Position numbers and translations under genes: made by a program
The notes under the pieces: generated by a model
Database searches by the model: none
What the model saw: only the letters and a program-made list of their open reading frames with translations
Told to the model about the DNA's origin: nothing
Assembly (NCBI GenBank): GCA_963787125.1
Contig: CAWBBV010000009.1
Coordinates: 64,264-128,263 of the forward strand
DNA length: 64,000 bases
Direction of reading: 5' to 3'
Source: an uncultured delta proteobacterium
Lineage (GTDB): Bacteria; Desulfobacterota; Desulfuromonadia; Geobacterales; DSM-12255
Shown here: positions 31,272 through 40,510 of the stretch, piece after piece
Layout: every line of letters begins with the position of its first letter
Numbering within the stretch: the stretch's first letter is position 1

Positions 31272-31634
31272 ATGGGTATTCCGGGGACATGGGTATTCCG
31301 TGATGCCTAGGGTCAGGCTTCCAAGATGCTAAGATGACACCCCATTCATAGGAGGATCTGGGGTCGCCCATTAAAAGGCTGCTGTCAGGCTTCCAAGTTG
31401 TCAAGATTACGTATTGTGCTGGAATATGGACCATATGAAATCCCTTGGTATAGTGGCGATATCCTTGACAGTACGAGGATATGCGGATAGTTTAGGATCG
31501 GTTAACGAGGGTTAAAATGAGGTCAGGGATTCCACCTGTTCGCTTGAAAAGTCGCTATCATCGCAGTGTTGCCTGTGGGGCGGCTTGTTGCTATTCTGAC
31601 CAACTTGGCATCTTGGAAGCCTGACCTGACCCCG
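31272..31634. repeat. Cluster of REP-like repeats: GTCAGGCTTCCAAG x3 (two forward, one inverted) plus 17-nt and 5-nt tandem duplications
   Basis: Forward at ~31312 and ~31384, reverse at ~31612-31625; ATGGGTATTCCG at 31272 and 31289. Confidence 0.8.
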
Positions 31635-31714
31635 GGCCTCCATTTTGAAGAATACAGCTCTAAAACCATCCAAATTTTTCAGCCAGTAAGAGACGGAAAA
31701 AGGAGAATCAGCTT

Positions 31715-32122
31715 GTGACAGAAGATATTCGCTGGAAACAACGGCTGGACAACTATTCCAAGGCGCTTCGTCAGCTCACCAGATTTGTTGAAAAAGGGGA
31801 GCTAAACGAGTTTGAGCAGCAGGGCTTGATTCAATGTTTCGAGTACACCTACGAACTGGCATGGAACAGCATTAAGGACGTTTTTGAAGCACAGGGTGAG
31901 GTCGGAATCATTGGCAGCCGCGATGCCTTCCGTCTTGCTTTCAAGCGTGGGTTGATTGAAAATGGTGAAACTTGGATGGAGATGATCAAAAGCCGTGTTC
32001 TCACCAGCCACACCTATAATGAAGATGTTGCCGATGATATTTCCAGTAAAATTGTGACACAGTACTACCCTGAATTTATCCGTTTACACCAACGGCTTGA
32101 AGTTCTGAGTTCACAATCATGA
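31715..32122 (+). CDS. Nucleotidyltransferase substrate-binding protein (HI0074-like, HEPN fold)
   Basis: GLIQCFEYTYELAW, R.LTSHTY. Confidence 0.92.
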   Translation: MTEDIRWKQRLDNYSKALRQLTRFVEKGELNEFEQQGLIQCFEYTYELAWNSIKDVFEAQGEVGIIGSRDAFRLAFKRGLIENGETWMEMIKSRVLTSHTYNEDVADDISSKIVTQYYPEFIRLHQRLEVLSSQS

Positions 32123-32445
32123 TGAACGATCTCACCTTTGGTTTGCCTCTGGCTGCTGTAGAAAAAATCCGTGGCGTATTCGCTTCTCACCCGGAGGTGG
32201 AAAGGTCAGTGGTGTATGGCTCGCGTGCCAAGGGTAATTACAAAACCGGCTCGGATATAGATTTGACGATATATGGTGATGATCTCAACCACACGGTATT
32301 GCTAAAAATCCTTGATGAACTTGATGATCTGCTTTTGCCGTGGATGATCGATCTTTCGATTTACAGGCAGATTGATAATGTTAGTCTGCGGGAGCATATC
32401 GAGCGGGTTGGGGTGGTCTTTTATAAGCGGGAATCTGGCTCATGA
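32119..32445 (+). CDS. Nucleotidyltransferase (HI0073-like MNT)
   Basis: YGSRAKGNYKTGSDIDL, LREHIERVG. Confidence 0.92.
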   Translation: MMNDLTFGLPLAAVEKIRGVFASHPEVERSVVYGSRAKGNYKTGSDIDLTIYGDDLNHTVLLKILDELDDLLLPWMIDLSIYRQIDNVSLREHIERVGVVFYKRESGS

Positions 32446-32784
32446 CGTATCCTGTTGCATGATTCGCCAGAATCATAAACACTCTCAATTTTGCCGGTCC
32501 ATGAGAGTCAAAGTGTGTTAGTGGCATTCATGCAGAGGCCTACGCCTATCTGGATAAGCTGTTCACTCTGTTGAAAGAGGCGGCATAATCATTCGATCTA
32601 TCGATCCATATTGTCGACGGTCTTACTTGCTTAGGATACGGCATTAGGGGTAAAATCCACAAAAGTGAGAGATTGACTGGATGGAAGTGATCTATCATCC
32701 CTTTTTAGCAGAATTCAGTAGCTATATCGAGTTGTAGCATGGCGAGTAGAGGTTGCATGAGAGTTTGCATAAAGCAATAAAAGC

Positions 32785-32819
32785 AAAAAGCACTTGCATA
32801 AGAAGCTATGCAAGTGCTT
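32785..32819 (-). terminator. Terminator-like hairpin next to the distal att copy
   Basis: AAGCACTTGCATA-6 nt-TATGCAAGTGCTT with an A-run on the left (U-tract on minus strand). Confidence 0.7.
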
Positions 32820-32825
32820 GAATTG

Positions 32826-32850
32826 ATTGGCGGGCGGCATGGGATTCGAA
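32826..32850 (-). repeat. att site: 25-bp duplicate of the tRNA-Arg 3' end
   Basis: ATTGGCGGGCGGCATGGGATTCGAA identical to 55521-55545. Confidence 0.95.
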
Positions 32851-33212
32851 TATTAACCTTATATTAAAAGGGCTATAAACAGCCTACAGCAGCGTTTGTA
32901 CCAAAAAGTACAATTAAACATATATGAAATATACCCTAAAAAACAGGTGATAAAATGTCACAATTTCTGTCACAGTTTTAAGTATTGGTATAGTTTGAAT
33001 GGTTTGCAAGGGGAGCAATAAAACTTTGTTGATTATTTAACGGCGGCAAGGAGAGGGAAAATCGTCAGTGAATCATCCATAGCAATTTTATCGCTATGGT
33101 GTTCGTTGTTAAATTATTGACGCGAATAATTAACTGGGTTAATTTTACAAGTAAACCACGTTAAAATTGATTTTATATTCTATTCAAATTTTTTCGATTA
33201 AATGGAGGTATC

Positions 33213-33641
33213 ATGCTGAAATTCAATCTAGCCATTGTTTTTGTTTTATTTGTATCTGCAAATCCTGTGTTCTCATCTGATTGGATACCAGTAAAAAATA
33301 GTTCATACAAGATAAATAATAAAAGTGTCCATAAAGATGATGACGGGCACGTCAGATTCTTGATGTCAGATGTATCCCCTCCTTCTAATGATTTAAAAGA
33401 GAAATACGGCGAAAAGTTTTCTTATTCAATAATTGAAGTTGCTGTTGATTGTAATGAATTTGTTGATTATTTGATACAGGTGGACGATTACGATAAAAAT
33501 GATGAAATAATTGGCCATTTGACCTGGACCATTCCTCGTAGTAATGATGCTTCTGAGGGAAAATGGTCAAGAGTGGTAAGTACAGCCTGCAAAGCTTATG
33601 ATAAAAAGATTAAAAATAACAGAAGTAAGTGGAAAAATTAA
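33213..33641 (+). CDS. Small exported hypothetical protein
   Basis: Signal peptide, two Cys, GGAGG SD, AT-rich. Confidence 0.7.
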   Translation: MLKFNLAIVFVLFVSANPVFSSDWIPVKNSSYKINNKSVHKDDDGHVRFLMSDVSPPSNDLKEKYGEKFSYSIIEVAVDCNEFVDYLIQVDDYDKNDEIIGHLTWTIPRSNDASEGKWSRVVSTACKAYDKKIKNNRSKWKN

Positions 33642-33791
33642 TCATACTCGATGGGCTGAAGTGCATTTTTAGATAATTTATCTGATGTAGATAATAGTGT
33701 TGATGGGGATACTTCTGTTCTGAGAATATCCCCTTTCTTATTAAAACTATATCTTAAGTTTAACCTCAATATTAAGATGGCTATCAATAAT

Positions 33792-34403
33792 TCAGACGGC
33801 ACATATGTTTCTGGATTTAATGAATCCATCAAGATTCGACCTGCTGACGTTCATCATCCTAGCAATTGCTGATTTTGCTACACGATGTCTCATTAACTCT
33901 GAAATCGTCTCTTTTCTGTCATCAAGCTTACTAGCACTGATACTCCCTTTGGGTCTGCCGAGTTGTACCCCTGCCGCCTTTTTTGCCGCAAGAGCCATTT
34001 TAGTTCTTGAACTTATAAGGTCTCTTTCCAATTCCGCCATGAGTCCAAAAACAGTTGTCATAACTTTACTTGCCATGTCGTGCTCTTTAATATCGATACC
34101 TTGCTTGATAGCGATAATGCGAATGCCTGAAGCGACAAGATTGTTGACGATATGAATAACCTCTTCGATGCTTCTACCAAGCCTACTTAATTCTGAGACA
34201 ATCAAGGTATCACCGGATTCCAGTCGCATGAGTAGTTCAGAGATGCGACGCTGTATCATGTCTTTCCGACTGCTAATCGTTATGTCAATTATTTCATCCA
34301 CAAGAATCCTGTTGGCGTGACCAAAAGCTAAGATACTCTGTCTTTGGTTTTCAGAATCCTGCTTGTCACTCGAAACACGTATATAACCAAGTACCTTTGC
34401 CAT
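33792..34403 (-). CDS. Serine recombinase (resolvase/invertase family)
   Basis: GYIRVSSDKQ, SELSRLGRS, AELERDLISSRT, LGRPKG, C-terminal HTH. Confidence 0.95.
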   Translation of the reverse strand: MAKVLGYIRVSSDKQDSENQRQSILAFGHANRILVDEIIDITISSRKDMIQRRISELLMRLESGDTLIVSELSRLGRSIEEVIHIVNNLVASGIRIIAIKQGIDIKEHDMASKVMTTVFGLMAELERDLISSRTKMALAAKKAAGVQLGRPKGSISASKLDDRKETISELMRHRVAKSAIARMMNVSRSNLDGFIKSRNICAV

Positions 34404-34984
34404 GAATCCCCCCCCTGTCGGTTAAAACGTCAAATTCATATTAAATAAGCAATTATTAACCGGTGAAAGTCATACGTTTATTGCAGTCAATAACTGCTAA
34501 ATAAACGGTCGTTTACATCGGCACTTTCAATTGCAATCCGGATTATAAAATGCCTTCAAAAGATAAATAATAATAGCATAAAAACAGAAATATGTCAATG
34601 AAAACAGATATTTGTATTAAGTAGTTGTGTTAGAGGGCTAATCATGTCTCCATCAGAATCGATTAGAAAGCTTGTGTTCCTATGTCATAGAAGCAAGACG
34701 CTGAAAAATGGCTAATTGTATCACGACAACTTCATGTGTTTGGTAGTGTCTGAATGTGTGTCAGGCGGTATAAGTATCAGTAATTACTTGACAAATGTCG
34801 AGGACCATGGTAAATTTCCACTTTAGACAAGGTGTGACCAAAGTTATTTGCCACCCCCTGGGTCAACTTAATTTGCCAGTTTAGTCGATACCGGGACCAG
34901 AGTTATTTGCCACTTTGGATTTTTTAGGGGAGCCAACCAGCATGACAGTATTCTGCATGGAATTATTTCCAGACAGGAGCTGCT

Positions 34985-36535
34985 ATGTCGCGAAGGAGAA
35001 TCCCCATGATCGAATTGAACGAAGTTGTCTATCACTGGCAAAAAGGGCAGAACAATAGTCAAATTGCCAGAAGTCTCGGCATTTCCCGGCCAACCGTCAG
35101 AAAGTATCTTGACGCGGCAAAGGCTGCCGGTCTTACCAGAGAAGATGGTGAAACACCCGCTGCCATTGCGGAGAACGTCATGGCCGCAGTAGCCAAGGCA
35201 GCCAAACCTGCTTCATCTGCTGTCGGTGCGGTGCAGGAGGTCATAGGCCTGCACAAAGAGCAGATAATCAGCTGGCTCGATGAGCCGAATATGACTGCCA
35301 AGCAGATCTGTCGCCTACTTGAAGAACAGGGCTACCCTTTCAACTACTCCAGTCTCAAACGATACGTAAAAAAGCTTAAACCGGATAATTCCCAGAGAGT
35401 AACTGTCCGGTTGGAAACATCCGCCGGAGAACAGGCCCAGGTTGACTTTGGTCAGGTAGCCCTTACTCTGGGTGACCAGAAGAAGAGGGTCTGGGCCTTT
35501 GTCATGACCCTTTCTTACAGTCGCCATCGCTTTGTCCGCTTCGTTGAACGCCAGGACACAACGAACTGGCTTGACTGTCATATCCGGGCCTTTGAATTCT
35601 TTGGCGGTTGCCCCAGAACCGTCCTTTTGGACAACCTCAAGGCTGGTGTTGTCAAAGCCGACCTGTATGACCCGATCATCAACCGGGCGTATGCAGAACT
35701 AGAGCGGCATTACGGCTTTGTTGCCGATCCGGCCAAAGTGAGAACTCCGGAGCACAAAGGGAAAGTTGAGCGCTCCATGCCCACGGTGCGGCAGCAGCTG
35801 GCTGCCGGGCGGCAGTATCAGGATCTTGCCGACGCCAACGAAAAGGCGCTTGCCTGGTCACTAACCGGCATTGGCAAGGAAAAGCACGGCACCACTAAAG
35901 AAGAACCGCTGCTGCGCTTTGAGCGGGACGAGAAGAACACCCTTATCCCTTTGCCGGGCAGCAGGTTCGAGACCCCACTCTGGAAAGAGTGCACAGTTCA
36001 CCCTGATCACCATCTGGTCTTTGACAAGAGCTACTATTCTGTTCCGACCAGATATGTGGGCAAAAAAGTCTGGGCGCGGGGCACCTTCCGCTTGACCGAG
36101 ATCTTCCTTGAGGGAGAGTTGATCAAGTGCCATGTTCGGGCACACAAACCCGGCACATGGCGTACAGACGAAAACGATTATCCGGAAAAAGCCAAGGCGT
36201 TTCTTTTTGCTCACCCCACCTGGTGCCGCCAGCAGGCTGAGACATTCGGCGAAGATGTGGGCCGCATGGTGCGAGAAGTTCTGGAACCTCACTCTCTCCA
36301 GAATCTACGCAAGGCTCAGGCAGTCCTCAGATTTGCCGATAAGTATGGTGCTGCCAAACTCAATGATGCCTGCCGGCATCTGCTCTCTTTTGGCTCCACA
36401 TCAAGACAGAGCCTGCAAAGGATTCTGGAGAACGGTATCCCCAGGCAACAGGAGTTGCCGACCGTCCCGGCCATTTCCACTGAAGGTGAACAGTGCCTGC
36501 ATCCGGCAACCAGTTTCGGGGAGGTGGCAGCATGA
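34985..36535 (+). CDS. istA: IS21 transposase
   Basis: N-terminal HTH, QVDFG, DNLKAGV, KGKVER, YSVP. Confidence 0.95.
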   Translation: MSRRRIPMIELNEVVYHWQKGQNNSQIARSLGISRPTVRKYLDAAKAAGLTREDGETPAAIAENVMAAVAKAAKPASSAVGAVQEVIGLHKEQIISWLDEPNMTAKQICRLLEEQGYPFNYSSLKRYVKKLKPDNSQRVTVRLETSAGEQAQVDFGQVALTLGDQKKRVWAFVMTLSYSRHRFVRFVERQDTTNWLDCHIRAFEFFGGCPRTVLLDNLKAGVVKADLYDPIINRAYAELERHYGFVADPAKVRTPEHKGKVERSMPTVRQQLAAGRQYQDLADANEKALAWSLTGIGKEKHGTTKEEPLLRFERDEKNTLIPLPGSRFETPLWKECTVHPDHHLVFDKSYYSVPTRYVGKKVWARGTFRLTEIFLEGELIKCHVRAHKPGTWRTDENDYPEKAKAFLFAHPTWCRQQAETFGEDVGRMVREVLEPHSLQNLRKAQAVLRFADKYGAAKLNDACRHLLSFGSTSRQSLQRILENGIPRQQELPTVPAISTEGEQCLHPATSFGEVAA

Positions 36536-37284
36536 GCATCTCCCCACTACTAACGTCCCGCTTGAAGCTGCTCAGACTCTCCGGCATTCTCGAATCACTG
36601 GACCTGCGGCTTGAGCAGGCACGAAGCAACAATCTCGGTTATCTGGAGTTTATGGAACTGATTGTTCAGGATGAGACTGAACGCCGGGAAGCGAATACCC
36701 TTAATCAGCGGCTTAAGAAAGCTTCCTTTGAAGAGCCGAAGTGTATCGAAGAGTTTCAGTTCGCCCAGTTGACCGGGGTCAATGTGGCGGCCATCAAGGA
36801 TCTAGCGACCGGTCTGTTCATCAGGAAAAAAGAGCATGTGATTCTTTACGGCCCGCCAGGAGTCGGCAAGACCCACCTTGCTCAGGCACTGGGCAACCGG
36901 GCATGTCGCATCGGTCATTCCACCCTGTTTATCAAGGGAACCAAGCTGTTTCGAAACCTCAACACAGCAAGGGCTGACGGCACTTGGGAGAAAGCCTTGA
37001 GAAAACTCCTCGCTCCGGACCTTCTGATAATTGACGACTTCGGCCTCAGCGCCATGACCATGCCACAGGCTGAGGAGTTCTATGAAATCATTGCCGAACG
37101 CCACCAGCGAGGCTCTATAATTATCACTTCAAACCGTCCGCCAGGTGACTGGCTGTCGCTCTTCCCGGATCAGGTGATGGCCAATTCGGCAATGGACCGA
37201 CTGGCACACCGGGCTCATCACATTGCTATGAAAGGAGAGTCATTTAGAAAGAAAACAAGACCTCAAAAACCGTCAGCAGATTAA
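36532..37284 (+). CDS. istB: IS21 helper ATPase
   Basis: GPPGVGKT, IIDDFG, TSN, DRL.H, GESFR. Confidence 0.95.
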   Translation: MSISPLLTSRLKLLRLSGILESLDLRLEQARSNNLGYLEFMELIVQDETERREANTLNQRLKKASFEEPKCIEEFQFAQLTGVNVAAIKDLATGLFIRKKEHVILYGPPGVGKTHLAQALGNRACRIGHSTLFIKGTKLFRNLNTARADGTWEKALRKLLAPDLLIIDDFGLSAMTMPQAEEFYEIIAERHQRGSIIITSNRPPGDWLSLFPDQVMANSAMDRLAHRAHHIAMKGESFRKKTRPQKPSAD

Positions 37285-37425
37285 CTACAACGCTACCCCT
37301 GAAAATCCTAAAGTGGCAAATAACTTTGATCCTGGGGGTGGCAAATTAACCTGGTCCTTGACACAAATTATAATTATTCTGGTAAAATGATTAAATATGG
37401 ATGGCAAGATGAGGGGGTTGTGAAA

Positions 37426-37701
37426 ATGGCAGATATAAATAGCGGGACTCTGGCAGATGCAGAAGAGATTACAAGAGTTGCTACTCGTGCAGAACTAGAG
37501 TTCACCATTCTCTCGCGGATGGATTGGAATGACCTCACCCCACTGCAAGCCAGACGTTTTCGTGTTTTTCTCGGACATGCTTGTGACACAATCTGCAATG
37601 CAGCCCCAGAATTCATCAAGGCTGTCAGTGTCACAATTGATGATGTCAGGGAAGGGGGCGACTATCCTGTCAGATTAAAAAAATACGGTACGATTCACTA
37701 A
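37426..37701 (+). CDS. Hypothetical protein
   Basis: ORF with GAGGGG SD downstream of an extended -10; start uncertain. Confidence 0.5.
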   Translation: MADINSGTLADAEEITRVATRAELEFTILSRMDWNDLTPLQARRFRVFLGHACDTICNAAPEFIKAVSVTIDDVREGGDYPVRLKKYGTIH

Positions 37702-37834
37702 GAAATGTCAGCATCAAGGTTAGATAAGAACAATATCGAATCTTAGCTGAAAATGTGGTTTTCACATGGCAGCACTTATAGCCTTTTTCCTTTCAGTGTC
37801 GGTTTTCTAAATCCGTTTCAATTCCAGGTATAAC

Positions 37835-39508
37835 CCCCAATCCGCAAAACTATTGGGTTAATATAGTGTAACATGCTATAATCCTTCACATAATTGTAGT
37901 GAAGGAGCTCACCCGAATGGTGAAAGACAATCTCGGTTTTCAGTATGTAGCAGCCCGACAGACGCTAACTTCCGTAGCAGGATTGGAGCTGCTCACCACC
38001 CTCATACGCCGTCTCGATCTGATTCGAGCCATCAGAAACGAAGTGCGGGTCAAGAAGATCGACTACGGCTTCCGGGAAGAGGAACATCTAATCCCGCTGT
38101 TACTAAACATTTCCTTACGCCGGACCAGCTACACTGATCTTGCCTGGCTGGCACGGGAAGAGAAACTGCTCAAGAAATCGCTCGGCTTTGGCAAACTCCC
38201 CAAAGAGCGAGCTGTTGCCATGCATCTGGAGAAATATGGCAAAGAGGAAATAACCGGTCTCAAGCGGGTCGGCGCAAAGATTGTTTCCCAAGCAAGCATC
38301 ACAGCTGAACCGGGGGCTGAAGGCTATATTCCCTGCGACATTGACCCGAGTATCTTCGAGCAATTTGCTCCCAAACGGGAAGGGGTTCAAACCACTTACA
38401 ACGGTAAACTTTGCTACACCCCTGTATTTGCAGTTCTCGGGCGCGAACGGTTCTGCATCAATCACTGGCTGTTGCCAGGCAGAGAGAAAGCTGTTGAACG
38501 GATTGACGAATTCATCAGGGAAACGGCAGAGCTGCTCCCCGAGAAAATAGATCGGAACAAGCTCCTGTTTCGCTACGATGCCGGGCTTTACAGCATCAAA
38601 ACTGTTCAAGCCAGCGAAGATGCTAAAGCATACTATCTGGTCAAGGCCCGAGCCAGCGGCGCATTGGATCGAGTGGTAAACGAGAATCTCGATGTCGATG
38701 TTATGAGCCTCAAAGTCACTGACTTCGGCGGCGAGTTTTACGGAGAATTCGAGTACACCCCAAGCGGCTGGAAAACTCCCCGCCGTTTCGTCTTCTGTGT
38801 TCAGATCAAGTCCGTAGACGAGAAAGGACAGCCACTGCTGCTCAATGACGTCCGCTACCACATACTGGCCACCAATCTACCCAAAGAAGTCACCCCGCAG
38901 CGGGCATTCGAACTCTATCGGGGGCGTGGAGCTGCAGAAGAAGCGAACAAGGAACTCAAGCACGACCTGGATCTGGAGCGACTCCCCTCCCAGACCTTCA
39001 GTGTCAACGAAGTATTCCTTACCTTGGGGACCATGGCCTACAACCTGCTTATCCTGCTGGGTCAGCAGTGGCGGGATGAAGCTGGTGACGGAGAGATGGA
39101 CAGTCACTTAACACCGGTACGGCGGCGGATCAAGACCATTCAGGATTATCTGCTGCGTAGTGCGGCAATCGTGGTCAATCATGCCCGCAAGAGCCTGCTG
39201 AAAGTCAACGGCTGGTGGCTGGAGAAACTTCGCCCTGACAGGATTCAGGCAAGAATCGGCAGGCTTCAGCCGGTAACCTGCTAAAGAAAAGCTGAAAACG
39301 AGATTGTCAAAGAACAAAAAAGCAAGAACAAGGGGGCAGTTCGTCTTCAGTCCGGCAAAAAACATCGTCTGAAGAGGCAAATAGCGCGTCACTTTTTGAA
39401 TTTTAGAGAAAATATGTGTTTTCGACTCCCATCAAAGGGAGCTCACTGAAAAAATACCCCCGAACTCACGCTGCCTGAATGTGTCCGGCAGAGATTTGCG
39501 GATTCGGG
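37835..39508 (+). mobile_element. IS1380-family insertion sequence (1674 bp)
   Basis: IRs CCCCAATCCGCAAA / TTTGCGGATTCGGG (13/14 match); 5-bp TSD ATAAC (37830-37834, 39509-39513). Confidence 0.88.
37899..39284 (+). CDS. IS1380-family DDE transposase
   Basis: DID, RYDAGLY, YRGRGAAEEANKELK, AYNLL motifs. Confidence 0.88.
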   Translation: MKELTRMVKDNLGFQYVAARQTLTSVAGLELLTTLIRRLDLIRAIRNEVRVKKIDYGFREEEHLIPLLLNISLRRTSYTDLAWLAREEKLLKKSLGFGKLPKERAVAMHLEKYGKEEITGLKRVGAKIVSQASITAEPGAEGYIPCDIDPSIFEQFAPKREGVQTTYNGKLCYTPVFAVLGRERFCINHWLLPGREKAVERIDEFIRETAELLPEKIDRNKLLFRYDAGLYSIKTVQASEDAKAYYLVKARASGALDRVVNENLDVDVMSLKVTDFGGEFYGEFEYTPSGWKTPRRFVFCVQIKSVDEKGQPLLLNDVRYHILATNLPKEVTPQRAFELYRGRGAAEEANKELKHDLDLERLPSQTFSVNEVFLTLGTMAYNLLILLGQQWRDEAGDGEMDSHLTPVRRRIKTIQDYLLRSAAIVVNHARKSLLKVNGWWLEKLRPDRIQARIGRLQPVTC

Positions 39509-39610
39509 ATAACTCGATAAAACTTTTACATTTTGAAAAAATATTACCAAATCGACTTGAAGCCGGTTGCTTTTATTTGATATAGTAATCATATATTAGG
39601 AGATAACGGT

Positions 39611-40162
39611 ATGATAGACTATACTAAACTGGCTGAGCACACAGGACTAAAGCAAAAAGTCCTTAAATTCTTTGTAAAATATAACATCATCAGCGAGCCT
39701 TTGACGGACGACCACATGTTTTTTCTAGATACTGTTAAAGAGCTGTGGGGTAATACTGAATTTATAAAATTACAGTTTGCGGATTTCAACACATCCGCCA
39801 GATGTCGCTTAGTTTTTGGGTCCGGACTCAACAAGATTGAATCGTACATAATTCATAGATGGTTGGGTCATTATGCTGACAGAGAGGGAAAATATAATTT
39901 AACTGTCAGACAGGTAGTCGATGAAACCTTAACCTATTTGCAACTGCCAGAATCGATGCGGCAGTCTGTCACAGGCACAGCATGTCAGCAACGAAAGAGG
40001 GCAAGAAATTTAGTTTACCGTAACGAAAATATAGTTCAAGCAGCAAAAGCACTCGTAGAAGGTAAAAGACAAAGGTTATCTAAGAAAACTGCTTCTCGTA
40101 ATGCCAGCAGCCCCAAACAGTATCGGAACTTAGCACAAGAAAAAATATTAGGATTAGATTAG
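39611..40162 (+). CDS. Hypothetical protein, possible N-terminal HTH
   Basis: AGGAG SD; YTKLAEHTGL..KVLKFF resembles a MerR-like HTH; basic. Confidence 0.6.
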   Translation: MIDYTKLAEHTGLKQKVLKFFVKYNIISEPLTDDHMFFLDTVKELWGNTEFIKLQFADFNTSARCRLVFGSGLNKIESYIIHRWLGHYADREGKYNLTVRQVVDETLTYLQLPESMRQSVTGTACQQRKRARNLVYRNENIVQAAKALVEGKRQRLSKKTASRNASSPKQYRNLAQEKILGLD

Positions 40163-40510
40163 TTCAAACAAACCCTCTAAATTCTGACCTCATCCGAAAA
40201 ACAGCCTAAACTTTTTTACTCCAACATTACCTAAAGCGAAACTTCAGCCTTCACCAACATCTCATCGATTCAATCTATATCGTTGATATTTTCTGAATTC
40301 TGTGTACTTATTTCATGTTGAAAACGTGCTCATTCCGGTCATTAAACTGAAGTTGGTTTTATTGTCATCATCATTTTATAAGTAAAGATACTCATGCCGT
40401 TTCGCTGAGAGTATATTGAAATTTTCGTATTGCCTCGAAGGGTGCTTGTACGGGCCTATTAATGAACTTTACAAGGGCGATTTATCGGCCTTTGTTTCCG
40501 GACAAATATT

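Larger units (their letters stand above)
34796..37363 (+). mobile_element. IS21-family insertion sequence (2568 bp)
   Basis: Ends TGTCGAGGACCA / TGGTCCTTGACA, sub-terminal ATTTGCCAC repeats, 4-bp TSD CAAA (34792-34795, 37364-37367). Confidence 0.93.

Noticed and set aside
26269..32600. Integron cassette array
   Set aside because: No IntI-type integrase nearby, and I could not find RYYYAAC...GTTRRRY attC structures after the genes; orientations are mixed.
32826..32850. Second tRNA gene
   Set aside because: Only the 3' end up to the T-loop is present; it is an att duplication.
34796..34920. ATTTGCCAC repeats as a regulator binding array
   Set aside because: Sub-terminal repeats of the first IS21, mirrored at ~37310-37363.
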